A stretch of DNA of 64,000 nucleotides from Chromatiales bacterium (GTDB lineage Bacteria; Pseudomonadota; Gammaproteobacteria; SZUA-140), in contig JBJHCZ010000011.1 in the NCBI GenBank assembly GCA_050486285.1, positions 737 through 64,736 on the forward strand, written 5' to 3'. A program made the translations under genes and the position numbers. Positions 30,401 through 39,886 of the stretch are shown here, piece after piece (positions within the stretch are counted from its first letter, which is position 1; every line of letters starts with the position of its first letter). Below the pieces are notes generated by a model. That model saw only the letters and a list, made by a program, of their open reading frames with translations, made no database searches and had not been told where the DNA came from.

Positions 30401-31890
30401 GCCCGGGCTACCTCTCGGAATCCTCGGAATGGACCTTCGACCTGATCGATCGGTACGAGCAGGAGATCGGCCGCGTCGCTGCGGATTTCGGCCTCGACAC
30501 CTGGCCGAACCAGATCGAGGTCATCAGCGCCGAGCAGATGATGGATGCCTATTCCTCGATCGGCATGCCGGTCAGTTACCACCACTGGTCCTTCGGCAAG
30601 CAGTTCCTGAACGTGGAGCAGCGCTACCGCCGGGGCCACATGGGCCTCGCCTACGAGATCGTCATCAACTCGAATCCCTGCATCGCCTACCTGATGGAGG
30701 AGAACAGCATGATGATGCAGGCGCTGGTGATCGCCCATGCCTCGTTCGGCCACAACTCGTTTTTCAAGGGCAATTATCTGTTCCGCACCTGGACCAGTGC
30801 CGACGCGATCATCGACTACCTGCTGTTCGCCAGGAACTACATCGCGGAATGTGAACAGCGCCACGGCGAGGAGCAGGTCGAACTGTTCCTCGATTCCTGC
30901 CATGCGCTGATGAATTACGGCGTCGATCGTTACAAGCGCCCCTCGCCGCTGTCAGCGAAGGAGGAGGCGCAACGCCAGAAGGAACGCGAGGCCTATCTGC
31001 AGGCGCAGATCAACGACCTCTGGCGCACGATACCGAAGCGGGAATCCGCGGAGAGCGCCCGTGGCGAACAGCGCTTCCCGGCGGAGCCGCAGGAGAACCT
31101 GCTCTATTTCATCGAGAAGAACGCCCCGCTGCTGAAACCGTGGCAGCGCGAACTGGTGCGCATCGTACGCAAGATGGCGCAGTACTTCTATCCCCAGCGC
31201 CAGACCCAGGTCATGAACGAGGGCTGGGCCACGTTCTGGCACTACACGATCATCAACCGACTCTATGAGGAGGGCCTGGTCAACGACAGCTTCATGATGG
31301 AGTTTCTCCAGACCCATACCAACGTGATCCACCAGCCGCCGTACAACAGCGAGTACTACAGCGGCATCAACCCCTACGCGCTTGGCTTCGGCATGATGCG
31401 CGACATCCGCCGCATCTGCGAGGCTCCGACCGACGAGGACCGCCGCTGGTTCCCGGACATTGCCGGCAGCGACTGGCGCAAGACCCTCGATTTCGCGATG
31501 CGCAACTTCAAGGACGAGAGCTTTATCGCGCAATACCTGTCGCCGCGGCTGATGCGGGAGATGAAGCTGTTCAGCGTGCTCGACGACGACCGCAAGCGCA
31601 AACTCGAGGTCACCGCGATCCATGATGATGCCGGTTATCGCCTGGTCCGGCAGGCGCTTGCCGAACAGTACAATCTCGGCAGCAACGAGCCCAATATCCA
31701 GGTCTGGGATGTCCGCCGTGACGGTGACCGTTCCCTGACCCTGCGCCACAGCCAATACCGGCGCCGGCCGCTGCATGCCAACATCGATGAGGTGCTCAAG
31801 CACGTCGTCCGCCTGTGGGGTTTCAATGTGCGGCTCGAGGTCGTCGATACCGACGGCCACGTCGCCCGCACGCATGAATGTGCCGCCTGA
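30397..31890 (+). CDS. ycgB: SpoVR family protein (YcgB-like)
   Basis: 497 aa with conserved SpoVR blocks ([33 protein letters not shown]). ATGA overlap with yeaH. Confidence 0.9.
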   Translation: MSPGYLSESSEWTFDLIDRYEQEIGRVAADFGLDTWPNQIEVISAEQMMDAYSSIGMPVSYHHWSFGKQFLNVEQRYRRGHMGLAYEIVINSNPCIAYLMEENSMMMQALVIAHASFGHNSFFKGNYLFRTWTSADAIIDYLLFARNYIAECEQRHGEEQVELFLDSCHALMNYGVDRYKRPSPLSAKEEAQRQKEREAYLQAQINDLWRTIPKRESAESARGEQRFPAEPQENLLYFIEKNAPLLKPWQRELVRIVRKMAQYFYPQRQTQVMNEGWATFWHYTIINRLYEEGLVNDSFMMEFLQTHTNVIHQPPYNSEYYSGINPYALGFGMMRDIRRICEAPTDEDRRWFPDIAGSDWRKTLDFAMRNFKDESFIAQYLSPRLMREMKLFSVLDDDRKRKLEVTAIHDDAGYRLVRQALAEQYNLGSNEPNIQVWDVRRDGDRSLTLRHSQYRRRPLHANIDEVLKHVVRLWGFNVRLEVVDTDGHVARTHECAA

Positions 31891-31988
31891 ACGCGACTGA
31901 CGCGGCCGCGCGCCCTCTTTCCGTCATGTAAGTCCGCGCCGGCCACGCCGGCGGCCACGGATCACCGCGATCCGACTATAATAGCCCG

Positions 31989-33722
31989 ATGCTGAGATAT
32001 TCCCTGGCAGGACTGCTGTTGTTGCTGGCATCGACGGCTGCCTGGTCGCAAACCCCGGAACTGGAAATCGAGATCATCGGCGTCTCCGGCGACATGCTCG
32101 CCAACGTGCAATCCGGCCTCAGCCTGTACCTGCAGCGCAACCATCCGCTGCTCGGCGAATCGCTGATCCGCCGCCATCACAACAATGCTGCCGCCGAGAT
32201 CCGCAAGTCGCTGGAACCGTTCGGCCACTATCATGCGAAGGTGGAAGCCTCCCTGGAACAGGACGGCAACCGCTGGCGCGCGCGCTATCGCATCGATCCC
32301 GGCGAACCCGTCCGCATACGCGGCCTCGACCTGCGCATCGAAGGACCCGGTGCCGACGATCCGGCCTTCCTCCGCTGGCGCGCGGGCTGGCCGCTGTCGC
32401 CCGGCGGCATCCTGCTGCACCGCCCCTACGAGGATGCCAAGGGTCGACTGCTGCAGATCGCCCGGGAACGCGGCTATGTCGAGGGCGCGCTGGTGACACA
32501 CCGGATCCTGGTCGACCTTGAAGCGCGCCATGCCGATATCGAGCTGCGCTACCTCACCGGACCGCGCTACACCTTCGGCGAGATCCTGATCGACCAGGAG
32601 GAATTCGATGAAGATTTCCTGCGCCGCTTCCTGAATTTCGACAGCGGCGACCCCTACGACGCCGCGCAACTGCTCGCCCTGCGTCGTGCGTTCGCGGACA
32701 GCGACTACTTCGAGCGCGCCGACGTGATGCCGATGCACGAACTCGCCGTTGACGGACAGGTTCCGGTCCACATCGTGCTGCGACCCCGCAAGCGCAAGCT
32801 GTATACTGCCGGCCTCGGCTATTCAACCGATACCGGCGCCCGCGGCCGCCTGGGATTCGAGGAACGGCGCGCGAATCAGTATGGGCATCGCTACGGCAGC
32901 ACGCTGCGCGTCTCCGAAATCCAGTCGAGCCTGACCGCGCGCTATTACGTTCCGCTCGAGCATCCGACCACCGATGTCCTGACCTGGAGCTTCATCGTCC
33001 TCGACGAGGAGACCGACACCACCGACCGCACCACCGCATCGGTCGGCGCCGACATCACCCAGCAGACCGGACAATGGTTGCGATCGACCGGCCTCAGTTA
33101 CGAATGGGAGCAGTTTACGATCGCCGATATCGAAGAACGCAGCCTGCTGCTGATCCCGAGCATCCGCTGGCAGCGGGTGAAGGCCGACCAGCGCATCCTG
33201 ACCCGGCAGGGCTGGCTCTTCAGCATCGGCTTCCGCGGCGCCTCCGAACAGGTGCTGTCGGATGCCTCCTTCCTGCAGACCCGCAGCCACGCGAAATATA
33301 TCACCGGCGTCAGCGAACGATCCCGCCTGCTGTTGCGCGCCTCCGGCGGCGCCAGCTGGACGCCCGAGTTTGCCGAGCTGCCGACCTCGCAACGCTTCTA
33401 CGCGGGCGGCGACCAGAGCGTGCGCGGCTATGCCTACAACTCGCTTGGCCCGGAAGACGACCTCGGCCGGGTCATCGGCGGGCGTCACCTGCTGGTCGGC
33501 AGCATCGAATACGAATTCGACATCCTGCCGCGCACCGCGGTTGCTGCCTTCTATGACGCCGGCAATGCCTTCAACGGCGACGATTTCAGGCCGCAAGCGG
33601 GCGCCGGCGCGGGGTTGCGATGGAAGACGCCGATCGGCGCCGTGCGCCTCGACCTGGCCCAGGCGTTGAGCAAGGACGGCCGGCCCTGGCGCCTGCACCT
33701 GACCCTGGGGCCGGACCTGTGA
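31989..33722 (+). CDS. tamA: Translocation and assembly module outer-membrane subunit (Omp85/TamA family)
   Basis: Signal peptide, three POTRA-like repeats and a 16-strand Omp85 barrel ending ...RLHLTLGPDL. 577 aa. Confidence 0.7.
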   Translation: MLRYSLAGLLLLLASTAAWSQTPELEIEIIGVSGDMLANVQSGLSLYLQRNHPLLGESLIRRHHNNAAAEIRKSLEPFGHYHAKVEASLEQDGNRWRARYRIDPGEPVRIRGLDLRIEGPGADDPAFLRWRAGWPLSPGGILLHRPYEDAKGRLLQIARERGYVEGALVTHRILVDLEARHADIELRYLTGPRYTFGEILIDQEEFDEDFLRRFLNFDSGDPYDAAQLLALRRAFADSDYFERADVMPMHELAVDGQVPVHIVLRPRKRKLYTAGLGYSTDTGARGRLGFEERRANQYGHRYGSTLRVSEIQSSLTARYYVPLEHPTTDVLTWSFIVLDEETDTTDRTTASVGADITQQTGQWLRSTGLSYEWEQFTIADIEERSLLLIPSIRWQRVKADQRILTRQGWLFSIGFRGASEQVLSDASFLQTRSHAKYITGVSERSRLLLRASGGASWTPEFAELPTSQRFYAGGDQSVRGYAYNSLGPEDDLGRVIGGRHLLVGSIEYEFDILPRTAVAAFYDAGNAFNGDDFRPQAGAGAGLRWKTPIGAVRLDLAQALSKDGRPWRLHLTLGPDL

Positions 33723-36700
33723 TGCGGCTTGCGCGCTGGTCACCGCTGCTTGCGCTGTTGCTCGCGGCAGTCCTGGCGCTCGTCCTGGTCTCGACCGAGC
33801 CCGGTCTGCGCCTGGCCTTCCGCCTCGCGCAGCCCTTCATCCCCGGCGATCTCGACGCCGGCGAACTGCGCGGCCGCCTGATCGGGCCGCTCGAGATCTC
33901 GGAGCTGCGTTTCCGCAACCCCGAAACCGATGTCCGCATTGGCCGCCTTGCCCTCGACTGGCGCCCCCTCGCCCTGCTCGCAGGCCGCGTCTCGATCAGC
34001 GAGCTGGATGTCGATGATATCGACATCAGGCTGACATCGACGGCCGGCGGCGGGCGCCCGCGCGGCGAAGCGGCAGCAGTCGACTTCGCGCTGTCCCTGC
34101 CGATGCGGATCGCGGTCGAGCGCCTTGAGATTCGGCATGCGACGCTGCGGATGCCGGATCGCGATGCATTGACGCTGGATCGCCTCTCGTTGCGCGCCGA
34201 TGCGCGTGACGACGCGCTGTCGATCGAGGCCTTGCGGCTCGAGGCAATGGATTTCGTCATCGATGCCGAGGGCCGGCTGCCACTGACGTCGGACGGTCCG
34301 CTGCGCCTTGCCGTGCGCTTCGACGGCGTCGTCGACGGCCTGACCTGGCGCGGCGGCACGACGCTGTCCGGCGCCCCGGCCGCGATCAACGCCAGGCTCA
34401 CGCTGGAGAGTCCGATCGGCGCGCTCGGCGAGGCCGCCATCGAACCGCTGGCCGGGCCGCCGCGCTGGCAGGCCTCGGTCGGCGTCGATCCGTTCACGCT
34501 GACGGATGTGCTGGCGAACAGCCGGCCGCTGCGTATCCGCGCGGCCGAGATCGAGGCCGCCGGTACCGGCGCAATCCTCGACGCGCGCGGTCATCTCGCG
34601 ATCAGCGACGATGAATTCGGCGCCTGGGGCATCGACTTCGACGGCGGCATCGACGGCGATCGTCGCGAACTGCAACGCATCGTCGTCACCGCGCTCGATG
34701 GCGATGCCCGCATCTCGGGCCGCGCCGCCCATACCGCCGATGGCGACCGCTTCGATGCCGAACTCGAATGGGAACGGTTAGCCTGGCCGCCGACCGGCGC
34801 AGCGCAGATCCGGAGCCCGCGCGGCAGTGCCGTGCTCGACGGCCGTCCCGACGATTATCGCTTCTCGACCACCGGGCGCTGGGAATTCGCGGCGCTGCCG
34901 CCGATGGATGTCTCCGTCCAGGGTGGGGGGAACAGCGACGGGGCCGTCATCGACGAACTGCGCGGCGACTTCCTCGACGGGGCATGGCACGGCGCAGGTC
35001 GCATCGACTGGCGACCGGCGCTGCGCTGGGCCTTCACGCTGTCGGCCGACGGGGTCGACCCCTCGCCACTCCATGCCGAGGCTGCGGGTCGTCTCGACGG
35101 CCGCATGCGGATCGACGGCAGCTTCGATGACGACCTCACGTTGTTCATCGATGTCGAGTCCCTCGCGGGCGAGCTGCGCGATCATCCCTTCGATGGCCAT
35201 GCCCGCATCAGCATCGATGCCGGCACGATCGGCGTCGAAGACCTGACCGTACACTCCGGCGGCATCGAGTTGCAGGGCAACGCGCGCTTCAATGAGGACT
35301 GGGATGTCGCCTGGCGACTCGATGCCGGAAATTTCGCGGCCTTGCTCCCCGGACTCGGCGGGTCCGCGCGTTCGCAGGGCACGCTGAACGGCCCGCCGGA
35401 GGCCCTGCGCGCATCGTTCACGTTCGATGCCGAAGGGCTGGCGTGGGAAGACCATCATGTCGGCCGGCTAGGCCTCGGCGGCAATCTCGCGCTCGGCAGC
35501 GACGGCGAGTGGGAGGTCTCGCTGGCCGCTGACGAGGTGCGCGTCGCCGGACAGCAACTCGGTCGCATCACGCTCGACAGTACCGGCACGTCCCGCGATC
35601 ACGATGTCCTGCTGCGCATCGAGCATCCGGGACATCGCTTCGAACAGCGGCTGTCCGGCGCGCTCGAAGACGATCACTGGCACGCGCGTCTGCATCAGGG
35701 GCGGCTCGAACAGACGGATATCGGCGCCTGGTCGCAGGCCGCCAGCGCTGCGCTGTCGATCTCTCTCGAAGCGGCCGATCTCGACGATTACTGCCTGCGC
35801 CAGGAGGATGCCGAAGTCTGCCTCCGCGCAAGTCGCGCCGGCGAGACGCTCTCGGCGAGGCTCGACTGGCGCGACTTCGACCTCTCGCGCCTCGATCCTT
35901 GGTTGCCGAATCCGCGCGCCGGCCTGGGCGGCGCGACTCGCGGCGTCGTCGAGGTCCAAAGCAGCGAAGGCGGCATCGGCCCGTTGCGGGTGGAGGCGCG
36001 CAGCGATCCCGGGGCGCTGCGTTATCCGCTGCCGCCGCACGGCGAGATGCATGCGCTCGAATTCGAATCCATCGCGCTGGATGCGGAGGCCGATGACGAA
36101 CACGGGCTGCGCGGCGCGCTGCGCCTCGTCCTCAATGACCGTGAACGCCTAGAAGTCGGACTTGCGCTGCCCGCATGGCGCGCGGCAGCGCCCGTGCCCG
36201 CGGCGGACGATGCCCTGCAGGGCCGGATCGACCTCGAGCTGCGCGATCTGACCGTGCTCGCGCTGATGCTCCCCGAATGGCAGGCCGGCGATGGCGCCTT
36301 CACTGCCGGCATCGGCTTCGACGGGACGGTCGCCGCGCCGCGCATCGACGGCGCGATGGCCGCGAAGCTCGACCACCTGGAATTCACGCGCTTCGGTGTC
36401 CGTCTCGACGAGATCGACATCGACACCCGCATCGGCGGCAACGAATGGACGCTGACGGGCGGCGCGCTCATGGGCCAGGGCCGGATCGACCTCGCCGGAC
36501 GCGGGTCGGCGCGCACCGCCACCGACTGGAGCGGCGAGATTTCCCTCAACGGCGAGAACCTGCAACTGCTGCGCATGCCGACTGCGGAGATCACGGCGAC
36601 GCCGGCGCTGGCGTTGCGCGTCAATCCGCGGGAACTGACATTCGACGGCAGTCTGCGCATCCCGCGCGCGCGTCTGGAACCGGTGGCGCCGGAATCGATC

Positions 36701-37477
36701 GTCAGCGCCTCCAACGACGTCATTATCGTCGGCATTCCCGAGCCGGAATCGCCGGCGGCGCCGTTCGATGTTCACGGCCGCATGGAACTGATCCTCGGCG
36801 ACCAGGTCAGGCTGATCGGCATGGGCTTCGAGGGACGGCTGACCGGTCGCTTGCTGCTGATGCTCGCGCGCGACGGCAGCCTGATCGGCCAGGGCGAGAT
36901 TCGCGTCGCCGACGGCCGCTACCGCGCCTATGGCCAGAACCTGTCGATCACCCAGGGCCGCGTGCTCTATGCGGGCGGCCCGCTCGATAATCCCGCGATC
37001 GACATCATCGCCTCGCGCATGCGCGGCGAAATCGAGGTCGGCGTGCGCGTAACCGGCACCGCAGAACATCCGCAGGTCGCGCTGTTCTCGAATCCGGCGA
37101 TGGATGACGCCGACGTGCTGTCCTATCTGATCCTCGGCCGTCCGATGGACCAGGCCGGCGAGGGCGACGGCCAGTTGCTGCACCAGGCCGCGACTTCGGT
37201 CGCGCTGGTCGGCGGCGAGGCGCTGGCGGAACGCATCTCCGACCGCTTCGGCATCGCCGAAGTGTCAATCGAGGCCGGCGACGATGCCGCCGACGCCGCG
37301 CTGGTACTGGGCCGGGCGCTGTCGCGGCGGCTCTACGTGCGCTATATCCAGGGCCTGGTCGAGAACACCAGCGCCTTCCAGTTGCGCTACCAGCTCAGCG
37401 ACAAATGGACGATCGAGACCGAAAGCGGCACGCGCGCGGGCGCGGGCGCCGATATCCTCTATACTCTCGAACGATGA
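33722..37477 (+). CDS. tamB: Translocation and assembly module inner-membrane subunit TamB (DUF490)
   Basis: ~1250 aa with an N-terminal signal-anchor, long beta-rich repeats and a DUF490-type C-terminus (..LRYQLSDKWTIETESG..). Start overlaps the tamA stop. Confidence 0.7.
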   Translation: MRLARWSPLLALLLAAVLALVLVSTEPGLRLAFRLAQPFIPGDLDAGELRGRLIGPLEISELRFRNPETDVRIGRLALDWRPLALLAGRVSISELDVDDIDIRLTSTAGGGRPRGEAAAVDFALSLPMRIAVERLEIRHATLRMPDRDALTLDRLSLRADARDDALSIEALRLEAMDFVIDAEGRLPLTSDGPLRLAVRFDGVVDGLTWRGGTTLSGAPAAINARLTLESPIGALGEAAIEPLAGPPRWQASVGVDPFTLTDVLANSRPLRIRAAEIEAAGTGAILDARGHLAISDDEFGAWGIDFDGGIDGDRRELQRIVVTALDGDARISGRAAHTADGDRFDAELEWERLAWPPTGAAQIRSPRGSAVLDGRPDDYRFSTTGRWEFAALPPMDVSVQGGGNSDGAVIDELRGDFLDGAWHGAGRIDWRPALRWAFTLSADGVDPSPLHAEAAGRLDGRMRIDGSFDDDLTLFIDVESLAGELRDHPFDGHARISIDAGTIGVEDLTVHSGGIELQGNARFNEDWDVAWRLDAGNFAALLPGLGGSARSQGTLNGPPEALRASFTFDAEGLAWEDHHVGRLGLGGNLALGSDGEWEVSLAADEVRVAGQQLGRITLDSTGTSRDHDVLLRIEHPGHRFEQRLSGALEDDHWHARLHQGRLEQTDIGAWSQAASAALSISLEAADLDDYCLRQEDAEVCLRASRAGETLSARLDWRDFDLSRLDPWLPNPRAGLGGATRGVVEVQSSEGGIGPLRVEARSDPGALRYPLPPHGEMHALEFESIALDAEADDEHGLRGALRLVLNDRERLEVGLALPAWRAAAPVPAADDALQGRIDLELRDLTVLALMLPEWQAGDGAFTAGIGFDGTVAAPRIDGAMAAKLDHLEFTRFGVRLDEIDIDTRIGGNEWTLTGGALMGQGRIDLAGRGSARTATDWSGEISLNGENLQLLRMPTAEITATPALALRVNPRELTFDGSLRIPRARLEPVAPESIVSASNDVIIVGIPEPESPAAPFDVHGRMELILGDQVRLIGMGFEGRLTGRLLLMLARDGSLIGQGEIRVADGRYRAYGQNLSITQGRVLYAGGPLDNPAIDIIASRMRGEIEVGVRVTGTAEHPQVALFSNPAMDDADVLSYLILGRPMDQAGEGDGQLLHQAATSVALVGGEALAERISDRFGIAEVSIEAGDDAADAALVLGRALSRRLYVRYIQGLVENTSAFQLRYQLSDKWTIETESGTRAGAGADILYTLER

Positions 37478-37496
37478 TCCCGCCCGGATTCACGCC

Positions 37497-38357
37497 ATGA
37501 CCGCGGGCCTGCTGCTCGCCACCGATCTCGATCGCACGCTGATCCCGAACGGGCTCGAGGCGGAATCGCCGGCGGCGCGGCCGCTGTTCCGCGCGCTGTG
37601 CGCGCAACGGCGGCTGATCCTGGCCTATGTCAGCGGCCGCGACCTCGGGCTGCAACTCGACGCGATCGAGCGCTGGCAGCTGCCGATGCCCGACTTCGCG
37701 GTCGCCGACGTCGGCACGACGATCTATCGCCTCGGTGACGGCGAACGCGAACCATGGCCGGCATGGCGCGACGAGATCGCCGCCGACTGGCAGGGCTTCG
37801 ACACTGCCGCCCTGCAGGATCTGCTCGGCGTCCCGCCGCCGCTGCGCCTGCAGGAGGCCGAACGGCAGAAGCCATTCAAACTCAGCTACTACGGACCGCC
37901 CGTGGCGCCGGAATCGGTGCTGGCGGGCATGCGCGCTGCGCTCGCGCAGCGCGCCATTGCCGCCGCGCTGATCTGGAGTGTCGACGAAACGCGCGGCGTC
38001 GGCCTGCTCGACGTCATACCGGCGCGCGCGACCAAGCTGCATGCGATCGAATTCCTGATTCACAGGCTGGCGCTCGACAAAAAGAGGAGCGTCTTCGCCG
38101 GCGACAGCGGCAACGACCTGCCGGTGCTCGCCAGCGATGTGCCTTCGGTGCTGGTCCGCAACGCCGACGACGGCGTGCGCCGCGAGGCGGTGCGGCAGGC
38201 AAGCGACCGTGGACATGCCGATGCGCTCTATCTCGCGCGCGGCGAATTCATGGGGATGAACGGCTGCTACGCCGCTGGTATACTCGAGGGCCTTGCTCAC
38301 TACTTGCCCGAAACACGACAGTGGCTGGAAGCGGCCCGAACGGAACATCGCCGGTGA
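37497..38357 (+). CDS. HAD-IIB family phosphatase (sucrose-phosphate/mannosyl-3-phosphoglycerate phosphatase-like)
   Basis: Motif I DLDRTL at the N-terminus, cap-type IIB architecture and GDSGNDL (motif IV). 286 aa. Lies 20 nt after tamB. Confidence 0.6.
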   Translation: MTAGLLLATDLDRTLIPNGLEAESPAARPLFRALCAQRRLILAYVSGRDLGLQLDAIERWQLPMPDFAVADVGTTIYRLGDGEREPWPAWRDEIAADWQGFDTAALQDLLGVPPPLRLQEAERQKPFKLSYYGPPVAPESVLAGMRAALAQRAIAAALIWSVDETRGVGLLDVIPARATKLHAIEFLIHRLALDKKRSVFAGDSGNDLPVLASDVPSVLVRNADDGVRREAVRQASDRGHADALYLARGEFMGMNGCYAAGILEGLAHYLPETRQWLEAARTEHRR

Positions 38358-39865
38358 ACGTCCTCGTCATCCTCGGCCACCCGGTCAACGACAGCCTGTG
38401 CGGCGCGCTGGCCGAGGCCTATGCCGACGGCGCGATCAAGTCCGGCCAGCGCGTCGAGACGCTGCGTCTCGGCGATCTCGATTTCGACATCAACTACCCG
38501 AGCGGACGCGAGGATGATCCGGAAGAGGCGGATATCGCGCGCGCGAGAGAGATGATCCGCTGGGCCGATCACCTGGTGTTCGTATTCCCGACCTGGTGGG
38601 GTACGATGCCGGCGCTGATGAAGGGCTTCATCGACCGGATCTTCAAGCCGGGTTTCTCGTTCCGGATGCATGCCGACGGCAGCTGGGACAAGCTGCTGAC
38701 CGGCAAGTCGGCGCAACTGATCACGACGATGGACACGCCGCGCTTCGTCTATCGCTGGATCTACGGGCAACCCGGGCTCAATGCCCTCTCGAAGGCGACC
38801 TTCGGCTTCTGCGGCATCCATCCGGTGAGGACCGCGACCTTCGGCACCGTTTTCAATTCGACGCCGGCCCGGCGGGAACGCTGGCTGGCGCGCGCGCGCG
38901 AACTCGGGCTCGAACTCGCGCGCGGCGTGCCCGATCCGGCCGAGAAGTTCCGCGCCAAGGCGCTAATCTGGATCAAGGCGATGCGCCTGCAATTCTATCC
39001 GATGACCTGGTTCGCCTATACCGTCGGGGCGATGGCGGCCGGCGGCGGCTCGGCGGTCTTCGGCAAGCCCGTGTACTGGCTCGGCTATGCGATCGTCTTC
39101 CTGCTCGAGTTCTGCACCGTGCTTGCCAATGAATATTTCGACTATGACAGCGACAAGCACAACCGCAATGCCAGCCCGTTCAACGGCGGGTCACGCGTGC
39201 TGGTCAGCGGCGAACTCAGTTTCCGCGAGGTGAGGCTCGGCATCGCGCTGACGATGACGGGCTTCCTGATCGGCAGCCTGTGGCTGTTCGCCGCCGCCGA
39301 CGTTTCCGCGCTGAGTCTCGGCGCGGTGTTGTTCGCGGCGCTGGTGCTGTGCATGGGTTATACCGTACCGCCGCTCAAGTTCTCGCATCGCGGCGCCGGC
39401 GAGATCGATGTCGCGGTGACACACAGCTTCCTGGTGATGCTGTTCGGCTGGGTGCTGATGGGCGGCAGCGCGCTCGAAGGCTTCCCGTGGCTGGCGGGCA
39501 TCCCGCTGTTCCTGTCGATCCTGCCGGCGATTCTGCTGTCGGGATTGCCGGACCGGGAGGCCGACGACCTCGCCGGCAAGCGCACGCTCGCGGTGTCGCA
39601 GGGACCGCCGCAGGTGATCCGGCTGGCGATCGCGGTCACCGCGGCCTCGGCGTTGACCGCCACGCTGTGGCATGCCGGCGGCATCGCCGGCGGCATCTAC
39701 GCGGGCGCGGCATGGTTCGTCATTCCGCACGCGCTGTGGCTGATCCTGATGCTGCGCCGTTATCGCGCGAGCTGCGTCGAGGGCGGGCGCATCGACACGC
39801 TGATGATGGTCGCGCTGAGTTACATCCTCTGGTTCGTCACGATCCCGTTCATTCACACGCTGTGA
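38354..39865 (+). CDS. Fusion protein: flavodoxin-like NAD(P)H dehydrogenase (quinone) domain + UbiA-family prenyltransferase domain
   Basis: N-terminal ~190 aa match the Flavodoxin_2/NQO-KefF family (VLVILGHP..SL, FVFPTWWGTMPALMKGFIDR). C-terminal ~310 aa carry 8-9 TM segments with both UbiA Asp-rich motifs (NEYFDYDSD; DREADD). GTG start overlaps the HAD stop (GTGA). Confidence 0.7.
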   Translation: MNVLVILGHPVNDSLCGALAEAYADGAIKSGQRVETLRLGDLDFDINYPSGREDDPEEADIARAREMIRWADHLVFVFPTWWGTMPALMKGFIDRIFKPGFSFRMHADGSWDKLLTGKSAQLITTMDTPRFVYRWIYGQPGLNALSKATFGFCGIHPVRTATFGTVFNSTPARRERWLARARELGLELARGVPDPAEKFRAKALIWIKAMRLQFYPMTWFAYTVGAMAAGGGSAVFGKPVYWLGYAIVFLLEFCTVLANEYFDYDSDKHNRNASPFNGGSRVLVSGELSFREVRLGIALTMTGFLIGSLWLFAAADVSALSLGAVLFAALVLCMGYTVPPLKFSHRGAGEIDVAVTHSFLVMLFGWVLMGGSALEGFPWLAGIPLFLSILPAILLSGLPDREADDLAGKRTLAVSQGPPQVIRLAIAVTAASALTATLWHAGGIAGGIYAGAAWFVIPHALWLILMLRRYRASCVEGGRIDTLMMVALSYILWFVTIPFIHTL

Positions 39866-39886
39866 CGCCAGGCTGAACGGCGCGGT

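Noticed and set aside
37754-39865. 703-aa ORF from the track treated as one protein
   Set aside because: The first ~200 codons overlap the HAD phosphatase gene out of frame and are Arg/Ala-rich. The real start is the GTG at 38354 (VNVLVILGHP..), giving a 503-aa fusion protein.
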